A stretch of DNA of 64,000 bases from Longimicrobiales bacterium (lineage in GTDB: Bacteria; Gemmatimonadota; Gemmatimonadetes; Longimicrobiales; Gaopeijiaceae): the NCBI GenBank assembly GCA_965248195.1, contig CBDFIQ010000001.1, forward strand, positions 672,001-736,000, given 5' to 3'. The position numbers and the translations under genes were made by a program. Shown here one piece after another: positions 1 through 10,060 of this stretch. The first letter of the stretch is position 1; each line of letters begins with the position of its first letter. A model generated the notes under the pieces. That model was not told the origin of the DNA. It ran no database searches and worked only from the letters and a program-made list of their open reading frames with translations.

Positions 1-364
1 GGTCCGCGACCTTGTAGATCCGTATCCACGGAATCGGCTCCTGATTCGCCCAGTAATCTCGGACCTTCTGGATCTCCGCCTGCTGTCGTTCATCGGTCCC
101 ACCGATAATCTGGTGGCAGCCGAAACAGGTCCCGACCGGGGGGATGCCGGCATCGACCGACCGCTCCGCCGAGAAGTGGCAGTATTGGCAGTCGATTCGG
201 TCCTCGCCCGCGTGAATGGTATGGGGGAACGCGATCGGCTGGACCAGTTCGGCCTCGCCGTCGGTGACCGTGACCGCCGCACCACTCTCCTGGGCTTGTA
301 CGAACGCCGGTAAAGTCAGGAGCGTGAGAGCGACGACGGATGCACCTATCCATCGCTTCGTCAT
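1..364 (-). CDS. actA: ActA-type multiheme cytochrome c (alternative complex III), 5' part; runs off the window edge
   Basis: Not in the ORF track. Manual translation from ATG at 364: MTKRWIGASVVALTLL...QPIAFPHTIHAG...DCQYCH...AGIPPVGTCFGCH...PIPWIRIYKVAD. Signal peptide, two CxxCH motifs, QPIxFxHxxHAG and PIPWxR motifs of the ActA/c3-like family. Confidence 0.85.
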   Translation of the reverse strand, partial: MTKRWIGASVVALTLLTLPAFVQAQESGAAVTVTDGEAELVQPIAFPHTIHAGEDRIDCQYCHFSAERSVDAGIPPVGTCFGCHQIIGGTDERQQAEIQKVRDYWANQEPIPWIRIYKVAD

Positions 365-586
365 ATACACTGCCGTGCGGATGGGGGTGGGAGGGTATAG
401 GGTTCGTTGGTCTTAAACGGCGGGGAAAGTATGTGAGCCTCCAGATCGTGTCAACGCTGCCGCGCTCTCGAAAAATCTCTCCTACAGTCTATAAAAACAG
501 GGTATATATAAGAACCTTTTCTACGCACACGTGTTTTATTTCCCCCGCCCTCGACGGGCCTGCCGAACGTTGGATGGAGACGGACT

Positions 587-1561
587 TTGACCGATATCGC
601 AGCCATCACCAAACCCCCACCGACGCTCGATTTGCTCGAGAGCCTGGTCGCCGAGGTCGAGGAGGTTTTCCACGGCAAGAAGGAAGTTGTCCGTCTTGCC
701 GTAGCGGCGCTGCTCGCCCGGGGGCATATCCTCTTCGAGGACGTTCCCGGGGTAGGAAAAACCACGCTTGCTCATGCCCTCGCGACTGCTTTGGGGCTTT
801 CGTTCCGGCGCATCCAATTCACGAGCGACCTCCTCCCCTCCGATGTGCTGGGCGTGTCGATCTTCAACCCGCGCAGCTCGGAGTTCGAAACCCGGCTCGG
901 GCCGATCTTCACCAATCTCGTCCTGGCGGACGAGATCAACCGAGCGCCCCCGCGTACCCAGAGTGGGCTTCTCCAGGCCATGGAGGAGGGGCAAGTGAGT
1001 CTGGACGACGAGACGTTCGAGCTGCCACAGCCCTTCATGGTCATGGCGACGCAGAACCCCCTCGAACATCACGGCACGTATCCGCTTCCCGAAAGCCAGG
1101 TCGACCGCTTCCTCATGCGGCTCACCATCGGATACCCAGGCGAAGGAGCCGAGCGAAGGATTCTCATGGAATCCACGACCGAGGAGCCATGGGAGCAGCG
1201 CATCAAGGCCGTTCTCGAGCCGGCCCAGGTTCTTGGTCTTCAGCGGGAAGTTTCACGGGTCGAAGCAGACGATTCCCTCGTCGGGTACGTGATGGCCATC
1301 GTACAGAGAACCCGCGTCGAGCCACGACTCCAGATGGGTGTGAGCCCCCGCGGCGCCATCGGGTTGTTGGGCGCGTCCCGGGCTTATGCTCTTCTCGGCG
1401 GCCGAAATTTTCTGGTGCCGAGCGATGTGCAGAGGCTCGCCGTGCCGTGCCTGGCCCATCGAATCCTCCCGGTGGGGGCGAGCGCCGCCAGCCACGAAGC
1501 GCATGAAGAGGCCGGTGCAATCGTGACGGACATTCTCGAGGACATCGCGGTCCCCGTCTAG
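587..1561 (+). CDS. moxR: MoxR family AAA+ ATPase
   Basis: EDVPGVGKT Walker A, RIQFTSDLLPSD, LADEINRAPPRTQS, ATQNP, YPLPESQVDRF; TTG start with GGAGA upstream. Confidence 0.95.
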   Translation: MTDIAAITKPPPTLDLLESLVAEVEEVFHGKKEVVRLAVAALLARGHILFEDVPGVGKTTLAHALATALGLSFRRIQFTSDLLPSDVLGVSIFNPRSSEFETRLGPIFTNLVLADEINRAPPRTQSGLLQAMEEGQVSLDDETFELPQPFMVMATQNPLEHHGTYPLPESQVDRFLMRLTIGYPGEGAERRILMESTTEEPWEQRIKAVLEPAQVLGLQREVSRVEADDSLVGYVMAIVQRTRVEPRLQMGVSPRGAIGLLGASRAYALLGGRNFLVPSDVQRLAVPCLAHRILPVGASAASHEAHEEAGAIVTDILEDIAVPV

Positions 1562-1585
1562 ATCGGGGTCCGCACGGCGAGGTCG

Positions 1586-2692
1586 ATGCTGACCACTCTA
1601 CGAGAAGCCTGGAGGAGGCTCCGCGGCTGGCGGAGAATCCGTTTCACGACCGGCGGCGCCCTGTTCAGCGTAGGATCGCTCCTTATCGGGGGCGCGGCGG
1701 TCAACACCGGAAACAACCTGCTCTTTCTTCTCCTCGGAGCCATGCTCGGCTTCATCGCGTTGTCCGGCTGGCTCTCCGAGCGCGTCCTGCGCCGGCTGGA
1801 GATCCGCAGGCATAACCCCCGGGGCGTCACGGTGGAGAAACCGATTCGCATCACGTACTACGTGTCGAACCGGAAGCGCCTGTTCCCCACCCTCACCACT
1901 TACCTGTTCGAAAAGGGGCTCCCCGAACCCGCGTTCGTCAGTCGCGTCGGAGCCGGCGAATCGGTGACCGTGGTCTCGGAGAATCGCTTCCTTCAGCGCG
2001 GCGTCTACCCGCTCGAGACACTGACCCTCTCCACGTCCTTCCCCTTCGGGTGGTTCATCAAGGAGCGTGACGTACCGCTACCCGGCGAGCTCGTCATTTG
2101 GCCCCGATCCGACCGACCGGTACGCCTTCCAGTACCTCCCGGCGGACGTGGCAGGCCACAGTTTTCTGACTCTTCAGGAGCCGCTCCCGGTGCTCGCGGC
2201 GAGTATCGGGGACTGCGAGAGTACCGTGTCGGAGACGACCCGAGGGACATCCATTGGAGAACCACGGCCAAGATCGGCAGGCCGGTGATAAGAGAGTACG
2301 ACCTGGACACAACCGAGATCGTGCGGATTTGTCTGGACACGCGAGGGGAGCCCGGAGGTGCGGCCGAGGTAGCCATCGAAATCGCGGCCGCGGTGGCCGC
2401 CCAAGCGTACCGAGTCGGACGCCGGTTTGGAATTACTACGTGTACCTCGGACTTGGCTCCTGGTGGCGGTTCCGGTCAGTTCGAGCGAGTGCTCGACCTT
2501 CTCGCGCGGGTGGACTTCGATCCATCCGCTCCCCACCTGGTACCGCCCATCGACCCGATGGGTTGCGTCCTCGTGTCTCTGTCGGGTACACGAAGAGGAT
2601 CGTACGGGGCCTACATCGATCCTGCTCGCGGCTCCGCGGGAGGTCCCTACACACACGCGGGAGTGGGTGAAATGGATCGGAGGGCAGGATGA
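1586..2692 (+). CDS. DUF58 domain membrane protein
   Basis: N-terminal TM with NTGNNLL, FPFG, LREYRVGDDPRDIHWRTTAK; typical position between moxR and a transglutaminase gene. Confidence 0.9.
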   Translation: MLTTLREAWRRLRGWRRIRFTTGGALFSVGSLLIGGAAVNTGNNLLFLLLGAMLGFIALSGWLSERVLRRLEIRRHNPRGVTVEKPIRITYYVSNRKRLFPTLTTYLFEKGLPEPAFVSRVGAGESVTVVSENRFLQRGVYPLETLTLSTSFPFGWFIKERDVPLPGELVIWPRSDRPVRLPVPPGGRGRPQFSDSSGAAPGARGEYRGLREYRVGDDPRDIHWRTTAKIGRPVIREYDLDTTEIVRICLDTRGEPGGAAEVAIEIAAAVAAQAYRVGRRFGITTCTSDLAPGGGSGQFERVLDLLARVDFDPSAPHLVPPIDPMGCVLVSLSGTRRGSYGAYIDPARGSAGGPYTHAGVGEMDRRAG

Positions 2693-4740
2693 GCCTCGAC
2701 CTCCTGCACCGGCGTCTGGTCGTGGGCATGGGGTTCGTCGCCCTCACGGCGTTTGCCGGAGGTGCGGGTTTCCAGCCGATCAGCACAGCCCTGGCGGCTC
2801 TCGCGCTGGCACTCGCCTTCGTTTGGCAACCCGATTCCGACCTCTCCCTGCGACTCGAGCGCCTCTGGCTGCCCGTCGCGGGGGTCCTTCTGCTGCGATC
2901 CCTGTATCACTGGTTCCTGATCGGGGACGATGTCGTAGTCCCTGTTGTGGACCTTCTTCTGCTCCTCTTGTGCGCGGAGGCTCTCAGATCGCTCGAGGCT
3001 CACAACGACGCCCGTCTGTACACCCTTGCCTTCGCGCTACTTCTCGCTTCAACGGCTTACCGACCCGGGGTGCTCTTCGCCCTGGCTTTTGTCGGCTACG
3101 TCGTGTTGGCTACCCTCGCGCTTGTCGTTGGGCACCTCCGGTGGAAGGCCGGACGGCACGGTGTCAGAGAGAAAATGGTGGGCCGGGGATTCCTTACGGG
3201 CATGGCCGGGCTCTCCGGCGTCGTGCTGTTAACGAGCTCGTTGGTCTTCATCGCCTTCCCAAGACTGTCGAGGGGGTGGGCCGCGCGCGGAGAGGTCCTC
3301 GCCACATCCATCGCCGGATTCGCCGACCAGGTTTCGATCGGAGAACACGGCTCCAGAATTTATCCGAACCCGGAGATCGTTCTCCGGGTGGAGTTCCCCG
3401 ACGGAGCCCCCGAGAACCTTTTCAGCCTTCACTGGCGAGGCCGCTCTTACGACCGCTTCGACGGCGTGCGCTGGAGCCGATCGATCGGACTTCCGCCGTC
3501 CATCGGCCCGGCGCAATGGTACCAGGCGTGGGGACCAGGGCGAGTCCGGCAGGAGATCTACGGTGCCCCGCTGGACGTGGATGTGCTCTTCGCACTCCAC
3601 CCCTTGTTGGAGGCGCGCTCCGACAACCCGAGAATCCAACCGCTCTTCGACAACGCGGGCGACCACATCTACTGGGGCTCGGGCGCCCCGTCGTACGAGG
3701 CCTTGTCCGTGGCGGACCGCCCCGCACCCGAGGCGTTGCGGGAGGCACGCTCCGGGTTTTCCCCAGCCCGTAGGTATTACACGCAGCTGCCCCGTCTTCC
3801 CGAGCGGGTGAGCAACCTCGCGGACTCGCTCACACAGGGACTGGATAACAATTACGACCGGGTGGCCGCGATCAACGACTTCTTTCATACGGAATTCGAC
3901 TACACCCTCGAACTCCCGCGCTCGGCCCAGGAGGCCACGTTGGAATTTTTCCTCTTCGAGCGCGGAGAAGGCCACTGCGAGTACTTCTCGACGGCCATGG
4001 TGGTCCTCTTGAGGAACCTGGGTATCCACGCACGGGAGGTGAACGGCTTCCTGGGTGGGCAGTGGAACGGCTTCGGTCAGTACCTCGCCGTGACACAAAA
4101 CCAGGCCCACTCGTGGGTAGAGGTGTGGTTCCCGGAGTACGGATGGGTCCAGTTCGACCCCACGCCGGGAGGAGCCGGAACGTCCGCGGTGGTCACGTCC
4201 TGGCTGTGGCCGGGACGCTTCCTGTTCGACGGACTCCAGCACCGATGGAATAAGTGGGTCCTCGACTACAACCTGGAATCACAATCCGGACTCTACCAGC
4301 GCATCGCCGAACTGCTGGGAGGACGGGTCTCCGAGAGCCCAATTTCTTCAAGTCAAACGCCGGCCACACGGGTCGGCATGGGATGGATGTTGCTCATGGT
4401 AATGGTGATGACCCTGAGCGCGGCTGTCCTGTTCAGAAGGTCCGGCGGCCATTCACCGGAAGCGGAGCTCTACCTCCAGCTCCGCGAAAGTTGCCGCCGG
4501 GCTGGCTTCAAGGCGGACGAAGGAGTTGCGCCGCTATTGCTGCTCGATGAACTCGCCCGTGTCGGGCATCCCGCCCGTACACGCGCGCGGAGGCTCGTGG
4601 ACCATTATCTCCGTTCCCGATTCGGCGGGCAGGAGTTGGACGTCCGGGAACGAAAGGAGATGAAAGACGACCTCGCCAATGTGCGGCGGGCCCTCCGACG
4701 AACACGCGCACCGACAGATGCACCGGAGCTTCGCTTGTAG
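2689..4740 (+). CDS. TgpA-like membrane transglutaminase (DUF3488 + transglutaminase core)
   Basis: Multi-TM N-terminus, HWRGRSYDRFDG, Cys-His-Asp triad motifs GHCEYF, AHSWVEV, FDPTP; ATGA overlap with the upstream gene. Confidence 0.9.
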   Translation: MSLDLLHRRLVVGMGFVALTAFAGGAGFQPISTALAALALALAFVWQPDSDLSLRLERLWLPVAGVLLLRSLYHWFLIGDDVVVPVVDLLLLLLCAEALRSLEAHNDARLYTLAFALLLASTAYRPGVLFALAFVGYVVLATLALVVGHLRWKAGRHGVREKMVGRGFLTGMAGLSGVVLLTSSLVFIAFPRLSRGWAARGEVLATSIAGFADQVSIGEHGSRIYPNPEIVLRVEFPDGAPENLFSLHWRGRSYDRFDGVRWSRSIGLPPSIGPAQWYQAWGPGRVRQEIYGAPLDVDVLFALHPLLEARSDNPRIQPLFDNAGDHIYWGSGAPSYEALSVADRPAPEALREARSGFSPARRYYTQLPRLPERVSNLADSLTQGLDNNYDRVAAINDFFHTEFDYTLELPRSAQEATLEFFLFERGEGHCEYFSTAMVVLLRNLGIHAREVNGFLGGQWNGFGQYLAVTQNQAHSWVEVWFPEYGWVQFDPTPGGAGTSAVVTSWLWPGRFLFDGLQHRWNKWVLDYNLESQSGLYQRIAELLGGRVSESPISSSQTPATRVGMGWMLLMVMVMTLSAAVLFRRSGGHSPEAELYLQLRESCRRAGFKADEGVAPLLLLDELARVGHPARTRARRLVDHYLRSRFGGQELDVRERKEMKDDLANVRRALRRTRAPTDAPELRL

Positions 4741-4775
4741 CGAGAGCATAAAGGCGATGCTACTGTGTTGCTACG

Positions 4776-5081
4776 ATGAACGCAGCGAACGAGTCCTCAA
4801 ACGCGGTGCCTCTTCCGAGCGGCGAGCACCTCGCAACCATCAGCCACGATGGCAGCTTCTGGGAGGTCTACCTCGAGTTCGAGGACGACCCCAGAATACC
4901 CACGAGTTACCGGGGCCTCCTCTGTTTCTCTCCCGCAGCCAGTACCGGAGCGGCCTCGGCCTGGCGCACGACCACCATCCTGATCGAGTCTTCTCATGAG
5001 GCGGTCGTGAGCAAGGCTCGGGCCTTCGAGGATTTCCAGCTCCAGAGCCTCCTTCGCTCGGTTCTTCCTGATCCGGAGTGA
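4776..5081 (+). CDS. hypothetical protein
   Basis: 101-aa ORF filling the gap, co-oriented with neighbours, normal composition. Confidence 0.65.
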   Translation: MNAANESSNAVPLPSGEHLATISHDGSFWEVYLEFEDDPRIPTSYRGLLCFSPAASTGAASAWRTTTILIESSHEAVVSKARAFEDFQLQSLLRSVLPDPE

Positions 5082-5166
5082 TCGGGTCGCCAGGGATCAA
5101 CCCGGTTGCCGCCCTTGGCAATCGCTGTAGATTCTGCCTGCTATCGCGCAAATTACAGGAGGTCGG

Positions 5167-5358
5167 ATGGCCATCTATCGCACGCTCTACTATACGGATG
5201 TGTCCATCGGAGTGGGTGGGCGGATCACGATTCCACAGGGGTTGCGAGACGACTTGCGGCTCGCTGCCAAGGACTCTCTTACCGTGCGTCTCGAAGAAAC
5301 CTCCGACGGCCGGCGGCAGATGGTGATTTGGCGCTCGGAAGAGCAGGACGAAGAATGA
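5167..5358 (+). CDS. AbrB/MazE/SpoVT-like small DNA-binding protein
   Basis: GGRITIPQGLRDDL matches the GRITIPxxxRxxL swapped-hairpin signature; AGGAGG RBS upstream. Confidence 0.7.
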   Translation: MAIYRTLYYTDVSIGVGGRITIPQGLRDDLRLAAKDSLTVRLEETSDGRRQMVIWRSEEQDEE

Positions 5359-5360
5359 GG

Positions 5361-6788
5361 TCAACCATTTTCCTCTAAATCCATCCAGCGTATCAAACCC
5401 GCGAAAACCGAAGCACCATCGTGATGCCACCAAGGTGGTGGCCACGGCGCCTTTTCGAATGATGTAACCCGTGTGGCGCCGGCCCGGTAGAGCGCCTCCG
5501 CCAACATCGGCAGGCGATCTTCCGCCCCTTCGACCGCCACCGTCTGTAAATAGCCCCCAACCTCTCCCAACGAATTCGCGACCCCGCAAAGGTCGGGCGT
5601 AGGAAAAAGGGAAATGACCCGGTTCAGACAGGAGGGCGTGAAACCCAATTCCTCCTCGAGAATCACCGTCCAGAAGCTATCGTCCGCTCGGAATACACGG
5701 ACGCCGCTCCCGGAGGCCTCGCGGAGTTCGGCGGATCCTCTCATTTGGTGGACGGCCGAGGCGTCGGCGGCCGTGAGGTTACCGCCCGGTAGCTCCGCCT
5801 CGAGGTCGGCCATGGCTGAGGCCAACAGGGCGGCCCATCCTCCGGGGTCGACCGCTCCTCCCTCCTCTACGTAGATCGCATGCGCAGAGACGCAACCCCG
5901 CTGATCGAACATCGATACCGCGCGCGCGGCCACTCGGGCCACGCGAGGCGCTCGCTCGGCGGTGAGCGCTGCACGCCCCACCAGGCCGACGCTGAGACGG
6001 TGATGGTATGCGATGAAGCGCGCTGTTACGGGCGTTCGGTTCCTGAGCGACTTGATCGCTTCGTTGCCGCCGTACGCCACCACGGCCTCAGCCCTCCGCA
6101 GCGCGAGGTCCTCCAGGGGGGAAGAACCGCCGGGCCAATACGTCACCGCCAGCGAGTCCGAGAGCTCGGGCGCCTCCTCGGCGAGCGCCTCGGCGAAGAG
6201 CACGGGCAGGACCACATCGCCTAAACCGGGCTTTAGGAGGACCGCTGATTTCACGAGCAGCGCGCGAATCATCGACGTTACGCTTACCCCGGGAACCGTT
6301 CCCGCACCCACATGAAACGTCAGCAGCGGGCCTTTGGCACGGACGCTTCGGCCCTCATCCAGTCGGCAGAATCCGTCCAGCACGCCCGGGTCCTGAAGCT
6401 CCCGCCGCAGAAGTTCGGTGAGCCGCTCCGCGGTCCAGTCACGGGCCATGCCGGTCAGAATCTCCGAGGCCATCTCCTTGGAAAGGCCCGAGGTGGGAAC
6501 CAGCAAATCGATCGCCTTGTGGCGAATCGGATCGGAGGAGTCCAGGAACCGATCCGCCACCCGTCCGACGCAGGTCACCAGGTCCCGAACCGGCACGTCG
6601 GCGAGTCGCTCACCCGCCTCCCTCAGGGCCTGCAGGAGCCGCTCCGCGGCATCGCCTGGCCACCCCGCCGGATAACGAATTGTGACACTCTCGGAGACGT
6701 CGATGGTCTCCAAGTCAAGCGTCGGAGGGGCGGTCGGCAACTCACTCGAAAAAGATGGGAGTCGGAAGGCGTCGAAGGTCGTCTTCAC
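5361..6788 (-). CDS. LuxC-like acyl-CoA/acyl-protein reductase
   Basis: FHVGAGTVP, ALLVKSAVLLK, YWPGG, VAYGGN, YHHRLS, MFDQRGCVS (catalytic Cys), WHHDG; coupled to the luxE-like gene. Confidence 0.85.
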   Translation of the reverse strand: MKTTFDAFRLPSFSSELPTAPPTLDLETIDVSESVTIRYPAGWPGDAAERLLQALREAGERLADVPVRDLVTCVGRVADRFLDSSDPIRHKAIDLLVPTSGLSKEMASEILTGMARDWTAERLTELLRRELQDPGVLDGFCRLDEGRSVRAKGPLLTFHVGAGTVPGVSVTSMIRALLVKSAVLLKPGLGDVVLPVLFAEALAEEAPELSDSLAVTYWPGGSSPLEDLALRRAEAVVAYGGNEAIKSLRNRTPVTARFIAYHHRLSVGLVGRAALTAERAPRVARVAARAVSMFDQRGCVSAHAIYVEEGGAVDPGGWAALLASAMADLEAELPGGNLTAADASAVHQMRGSAELREASGSGVRVFRADDSFWTVILEEELGFTPSCLNRVISLFPTPDLCGVANSLGEVGGYLQTVAVEGAEDRLPMLAEALYRAGATRVTSFEKAPWPPPWWHHDGASVFAGLIRWMDLEENG

Positions 6789-7939
6789 GACGGCACACCC
6801 GACAGAAGGTCGTCCATCGCAAGGGAGCAGCCACGCGGCTCGGCACCCTGGGCCCTGCCGAGCACCCGGAAACCGTCATCAACGGCAACTCCCAGGTCCT
6901 CGGTGAGGACCACCATCACCGACCCAGCGTTGGCCAGGTCGTAGTGGCAGAGCAAGCCCGGTTCCCCCATCGGAAGTGCCGAGAGCGTGTTCGGATCGAG
7001 CACGCGCGTGCGGACCCAGGGAGGCGGAACATGCCGGCGGGCCTCCAGGGTGATGTCGGACGTCGCCACGCCCGGGCCATCGTAAAACTGTGAGAGCAGC
7101 TCGGTCATTCCATACTCGTTCACGATCGCCTCGAAGGGGACTCCGTGGGCCTCCGACAAGCACGCGTAGAACTCCGTACGCTCCAAAACTCGAGAGCGGC
7201 CCTTGAAGCCCCCAGTTTCCATGATCAGTGAACCCGGAGGCAAGTCGAATCCACCGTTCCGCCCCCGCAACCATTCCAGCCAGTGGACGAAGGCGAAGGC
7301 TGTACCGGCAAGAAGAATCGGAGTCTCGCGGGCGGTCGCCCCCACCAGCGCGTCACTCAGCCCCGCCGTGTCGATCACTCCCTCCTCCGTGACGAAGAAC
7401 CCCCCTTCCCCCGCCGAGAGCCCATCGAGCGCGGCACCCAACATGAAGCTCAACGAAGACTCGGGGACGCGAGCCGGCGCGGGCGTGAGAGCCAAGAGCG
7501 GAAGCGTCGGCCCTTCCCCAGGCGGCCGATCCGGCCCACCCCGCCCACCTGCGTAGAGATGGCGTCTCATGTTCGGAATCAGCGAATCCTTGTACAACTC
7601 GAGGTCGAGGACGTGGTGCTCCCCTCGGCGTCCGGCACCCGTGGTTCCGCTCGTCCGGAACACGCGCTGCACCCGCGAAGAGTCTCCGGACACCAGCGAA
7701 ACCGCCCTGAACGCCGATGCAGGGACCCATGGAATCTCTCTCCAACCCACCACAGTGGACGGCGTAACGCCCCGTTTGCGGGCATATGCCGCGTAGACCG
7801 GATTGGTCTCGAATTGGTAGGCGAAAACCCTTTGCGCCCAGGAGTCGAACACATCGTCCGGCCAGGGCTCGCCGGTGCTTTCTCTGAAGGCCGTACCCAA
7901 AGCGTGTGCCAGGCCGGCAAAGGCCTTATCCAACTTCAT
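6785..7939 (-). CDS. LuxE-like acyl-protein synthetase (fatty acid activating)
   Basis: FRTSGTTG, METGGFKGRSR, NEYGMTELLSQFY, DLAN, TEDLG, GRAQGAEPRGCS (acylated Cys motif). Confidence 0.88.
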   Translation of the reverse strand: MKLDKAFAGLAHALGTAFRESTGEPWPDDVFDSWAQRVFAYQFETNPVYAAYARKRGVTPSTVVGWREIPWVPASAFRAVSLVSGDSSRVQRVFRTSGTTGAGRRGEHHVLDLELYKDSLIPNMRRHLYAGGRGGPDRPPGEGPTLPLLALTPAPARVPESSLSFMLGAALDGLSAGEGGFFVTEEGVIDTAGLSDALVGATARETPILLAGTAFAFVHWLEWLRGRNGGFDLPPGSLIMETGGFKGRSRVLERTEFYACLSEAHGVPFEAIVNEYGMTELLSQFYDGPGVATSDITLEARRHVPPPWVRTRVLDPNTLSALPMGEPGLLCHYDLANAGSVMVVLTEDLGVAVDDGFRVLGRAQGAEPRGCSLAMDDLLSGVPS

Positions 7940-8195
7940 GACGGGTATAAGCCATTATACAACAACGCTTTACGTATATAGATGGTTTGGCATATTTCGT
8001 CTGAGTCACTCAAAGTAACCGCCGCCAGCGCGGCCATCTACTCCCCGGCAAAGTGAAAAAGCTCACCCCGAGCGTTCGGAAGGTGGCCGTCTTCTCCGTT
8101 GGGCTCCCAGAGAAGTGAGTCTGCGTCTTAGCTTGCGGTCACATCACTGACCCGTAACTTATTCGTCCCCCCGGGGTGAACGGGCTGGCTTCGCA

Positions 8196-9898
8196 ATGCG
8201 ACAGATCCCACTCCTCTTAGGCGCACTCATCCTCGGTGCCTGCGACTCACCTACCGATACAGGCCCCGTTGCGACCACGGTCATACTCTCGTCCGCGACG
8301 CTGAGCTTCTCATCGGTGGGTGAGACACACCAGCTTACTGCGACTGTCAGTGATCAGAACGGGGCTGCGATGAGCGGAGCGTCAGTTGCGTAGGCGTCCT
8401 CCGCGACAACCGTCGCGAGCGTCTCGTCCACGGGCCTCGTCACGGCCGCAGCCGACGGAACGGCAACGATCATGGCGACTTCGGGCTCCGCGACCGAAGC
8501 TGCGTCTGTCACCGTCCAGCAGGTTGCGGCCTCGATCACGCTGTCGCCGATGCAGTTGAGCTTCTCGTCGGTGGGTGAGACACAACAGCTTGCCGCGACG
8601 GTCAATGATCAGAACGGGGCTGCGATGAGCGGAGCGTCAGTTGCCTGGGCGTCCTCCGCGTCAACCGTAGCGAGCGTCTCGGCCACGGGCCTCGTCACAG
8701 CCGAAGCCGACGGAACGGCAACGATCATGGCGACTTCGGGCTCCGCGACCGAAGCTGCGTCTGTCACCGTCCAGCAGGTTGCGGCCTCGATCGTACTTTC
8801 GCCGACGCAGTTGAGCTTCTCATCGGTGGGCGAGACACAACAGCTCACCGCGACCGTCCATGATCAGAACGGGGCTGCGATCAGCGGTGCATCACTTACG
8901 TGGTCGTCCTCTGCGTCAACCGTCGCGAGCGTCTCGTCCACGGGCCTCGTCACAGCCGAAGCCGACGGGACGGCAACGATCACGGCGACTGCGGGCTCCG
9001 CGACCGAAGCTGCGTCTGTCACCGTGCAGCAGGTTGCGGCCTCGATCACGCTGTCGCGGACACGGTTGAGCTTCTCATCGGTGGGTGAAACACGACAGCT
9101 TAACGCGACCGTCCGTGATCAGAACGGGGTTACGATCAGCGGTGCATCACTTACGTGGTCGTCGGACCACCCAGGCGTCGTGAGGGTCAGTAGTAGTGGG
9201 CAGGTAACGGCCGTATCAGTCGGGTCGGCAACGATCTCGGTCGAGGTCACGGGCGGCAATCAGCGGGTGACCCAAAGCCTATCGGTTACCGTCGAACCGC
9301 CGGTCTTGGAGCCCAGCGACCTCTGCACTCAAAACGTCGGCACTGCGACCGCGACGTTCGAGGACTCGAGGCTAGAGGCGGTGATCAGGTGGGCACTCTC
9401 GATCGGTTCTCAGGACGCACTCACATGCAACCTGCTCTCGAGCATCACCGAACTGCGGGTCGAGAACACGGGGCACCCGAACAGGGAGATAAGCTTGGTT
9501 GGGATTCAGAATCTTACCGGCTTGGCGGACCTCTCACTCAACGGCTGGGGGGGGGGATCGCCGACATGAGCGCCCTGAGCGGGCTCACGAGCCTGACGAG
9601 GCTCTACCTCGTCTTCAACGAGATCTTCGACATCAGCGCCCTGAGCGGGCTCACGAGCCTGACGTTGCTCGACCTCTACGGCAACTTGATCACCGACATC
9701 AGCACGTTGAGCGGACTCACGGGCCTGACGGACCTCTGGCTCACGCAAAATCGGAACCTGAGCAATATCCAGCCTCTGCTGGATAACACAGGGCTCGGAG
9801 CGGGCGACACTGTCTTCCTTGGGTCCACAAGCGTGAGTTGCGCGGACGTGGCTGTGCTGCAAGCCAAGGGAGTGACGGTGAGCTCCGGCTGTCCGTAA
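8196..9898 (+). pseudogene. Lipoprotein with four Big_2/Ig-like repeats and internalin-type LRRs; interrupted by TAG at 8391-8393 and a frameshift at G10 (9547-9556)
   Basis: Lipobox LGAC. ORFs 8196-8393 and 8472-9569 are in one frame, separated by a TAG where sister repeats have TGG. ORF 9389-9898 carries the LRRs (IxDISALSGLTSLTxLxL) in another frame, switching at the G run. Confidence 0.8.
8301..9290 (+). repeat. 255-bp (85-aa) tandem Ig-like repeats, about four copies
   Basis: (c/t)tgagcttctc...tcggtggg recurs at 8301, 8556, 8811 and 9066. Confidence 0.9.
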
Positions 9899-10060
9899 AG
9901 CCCCGCCAGATCCCCTGGCTTCACGTCTTCGTGGAGGGCGTGGTGATCGTCGGCAAACAGCCTATCCGTCCTCCTACTCGTAGGGCTCCACGTCCTTCAG
10001 ATCACGCACGCTCAAGAACTCGATCTCTTGGGCATCGGGCTGCTGATCGCCTTATTCGCA

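Noticed and set aside
340..1506. Long alternative-frame ORFs (also 2427-3773, 10028-11044, 24457-25701, 29597-30769, 37467-38765, 54041-55375, 57920-59002)
   Set aside because: They overlap well-supported genes, have Arg/Pro/His-biased composition and lack motifs, as expected for shadow ORFs in high-GC DNA.
5361..7939. Bioluminescence operon
   Set aside because: No luxA, luxB or luxD nearby.
8391..8393. In-frame TAG as pyrrolysine or programmed readthrough
   Set aside because: Sister repeats have TGG (Trp) at this position, so a point mutation or error is simpler; no pyl genes in the window.
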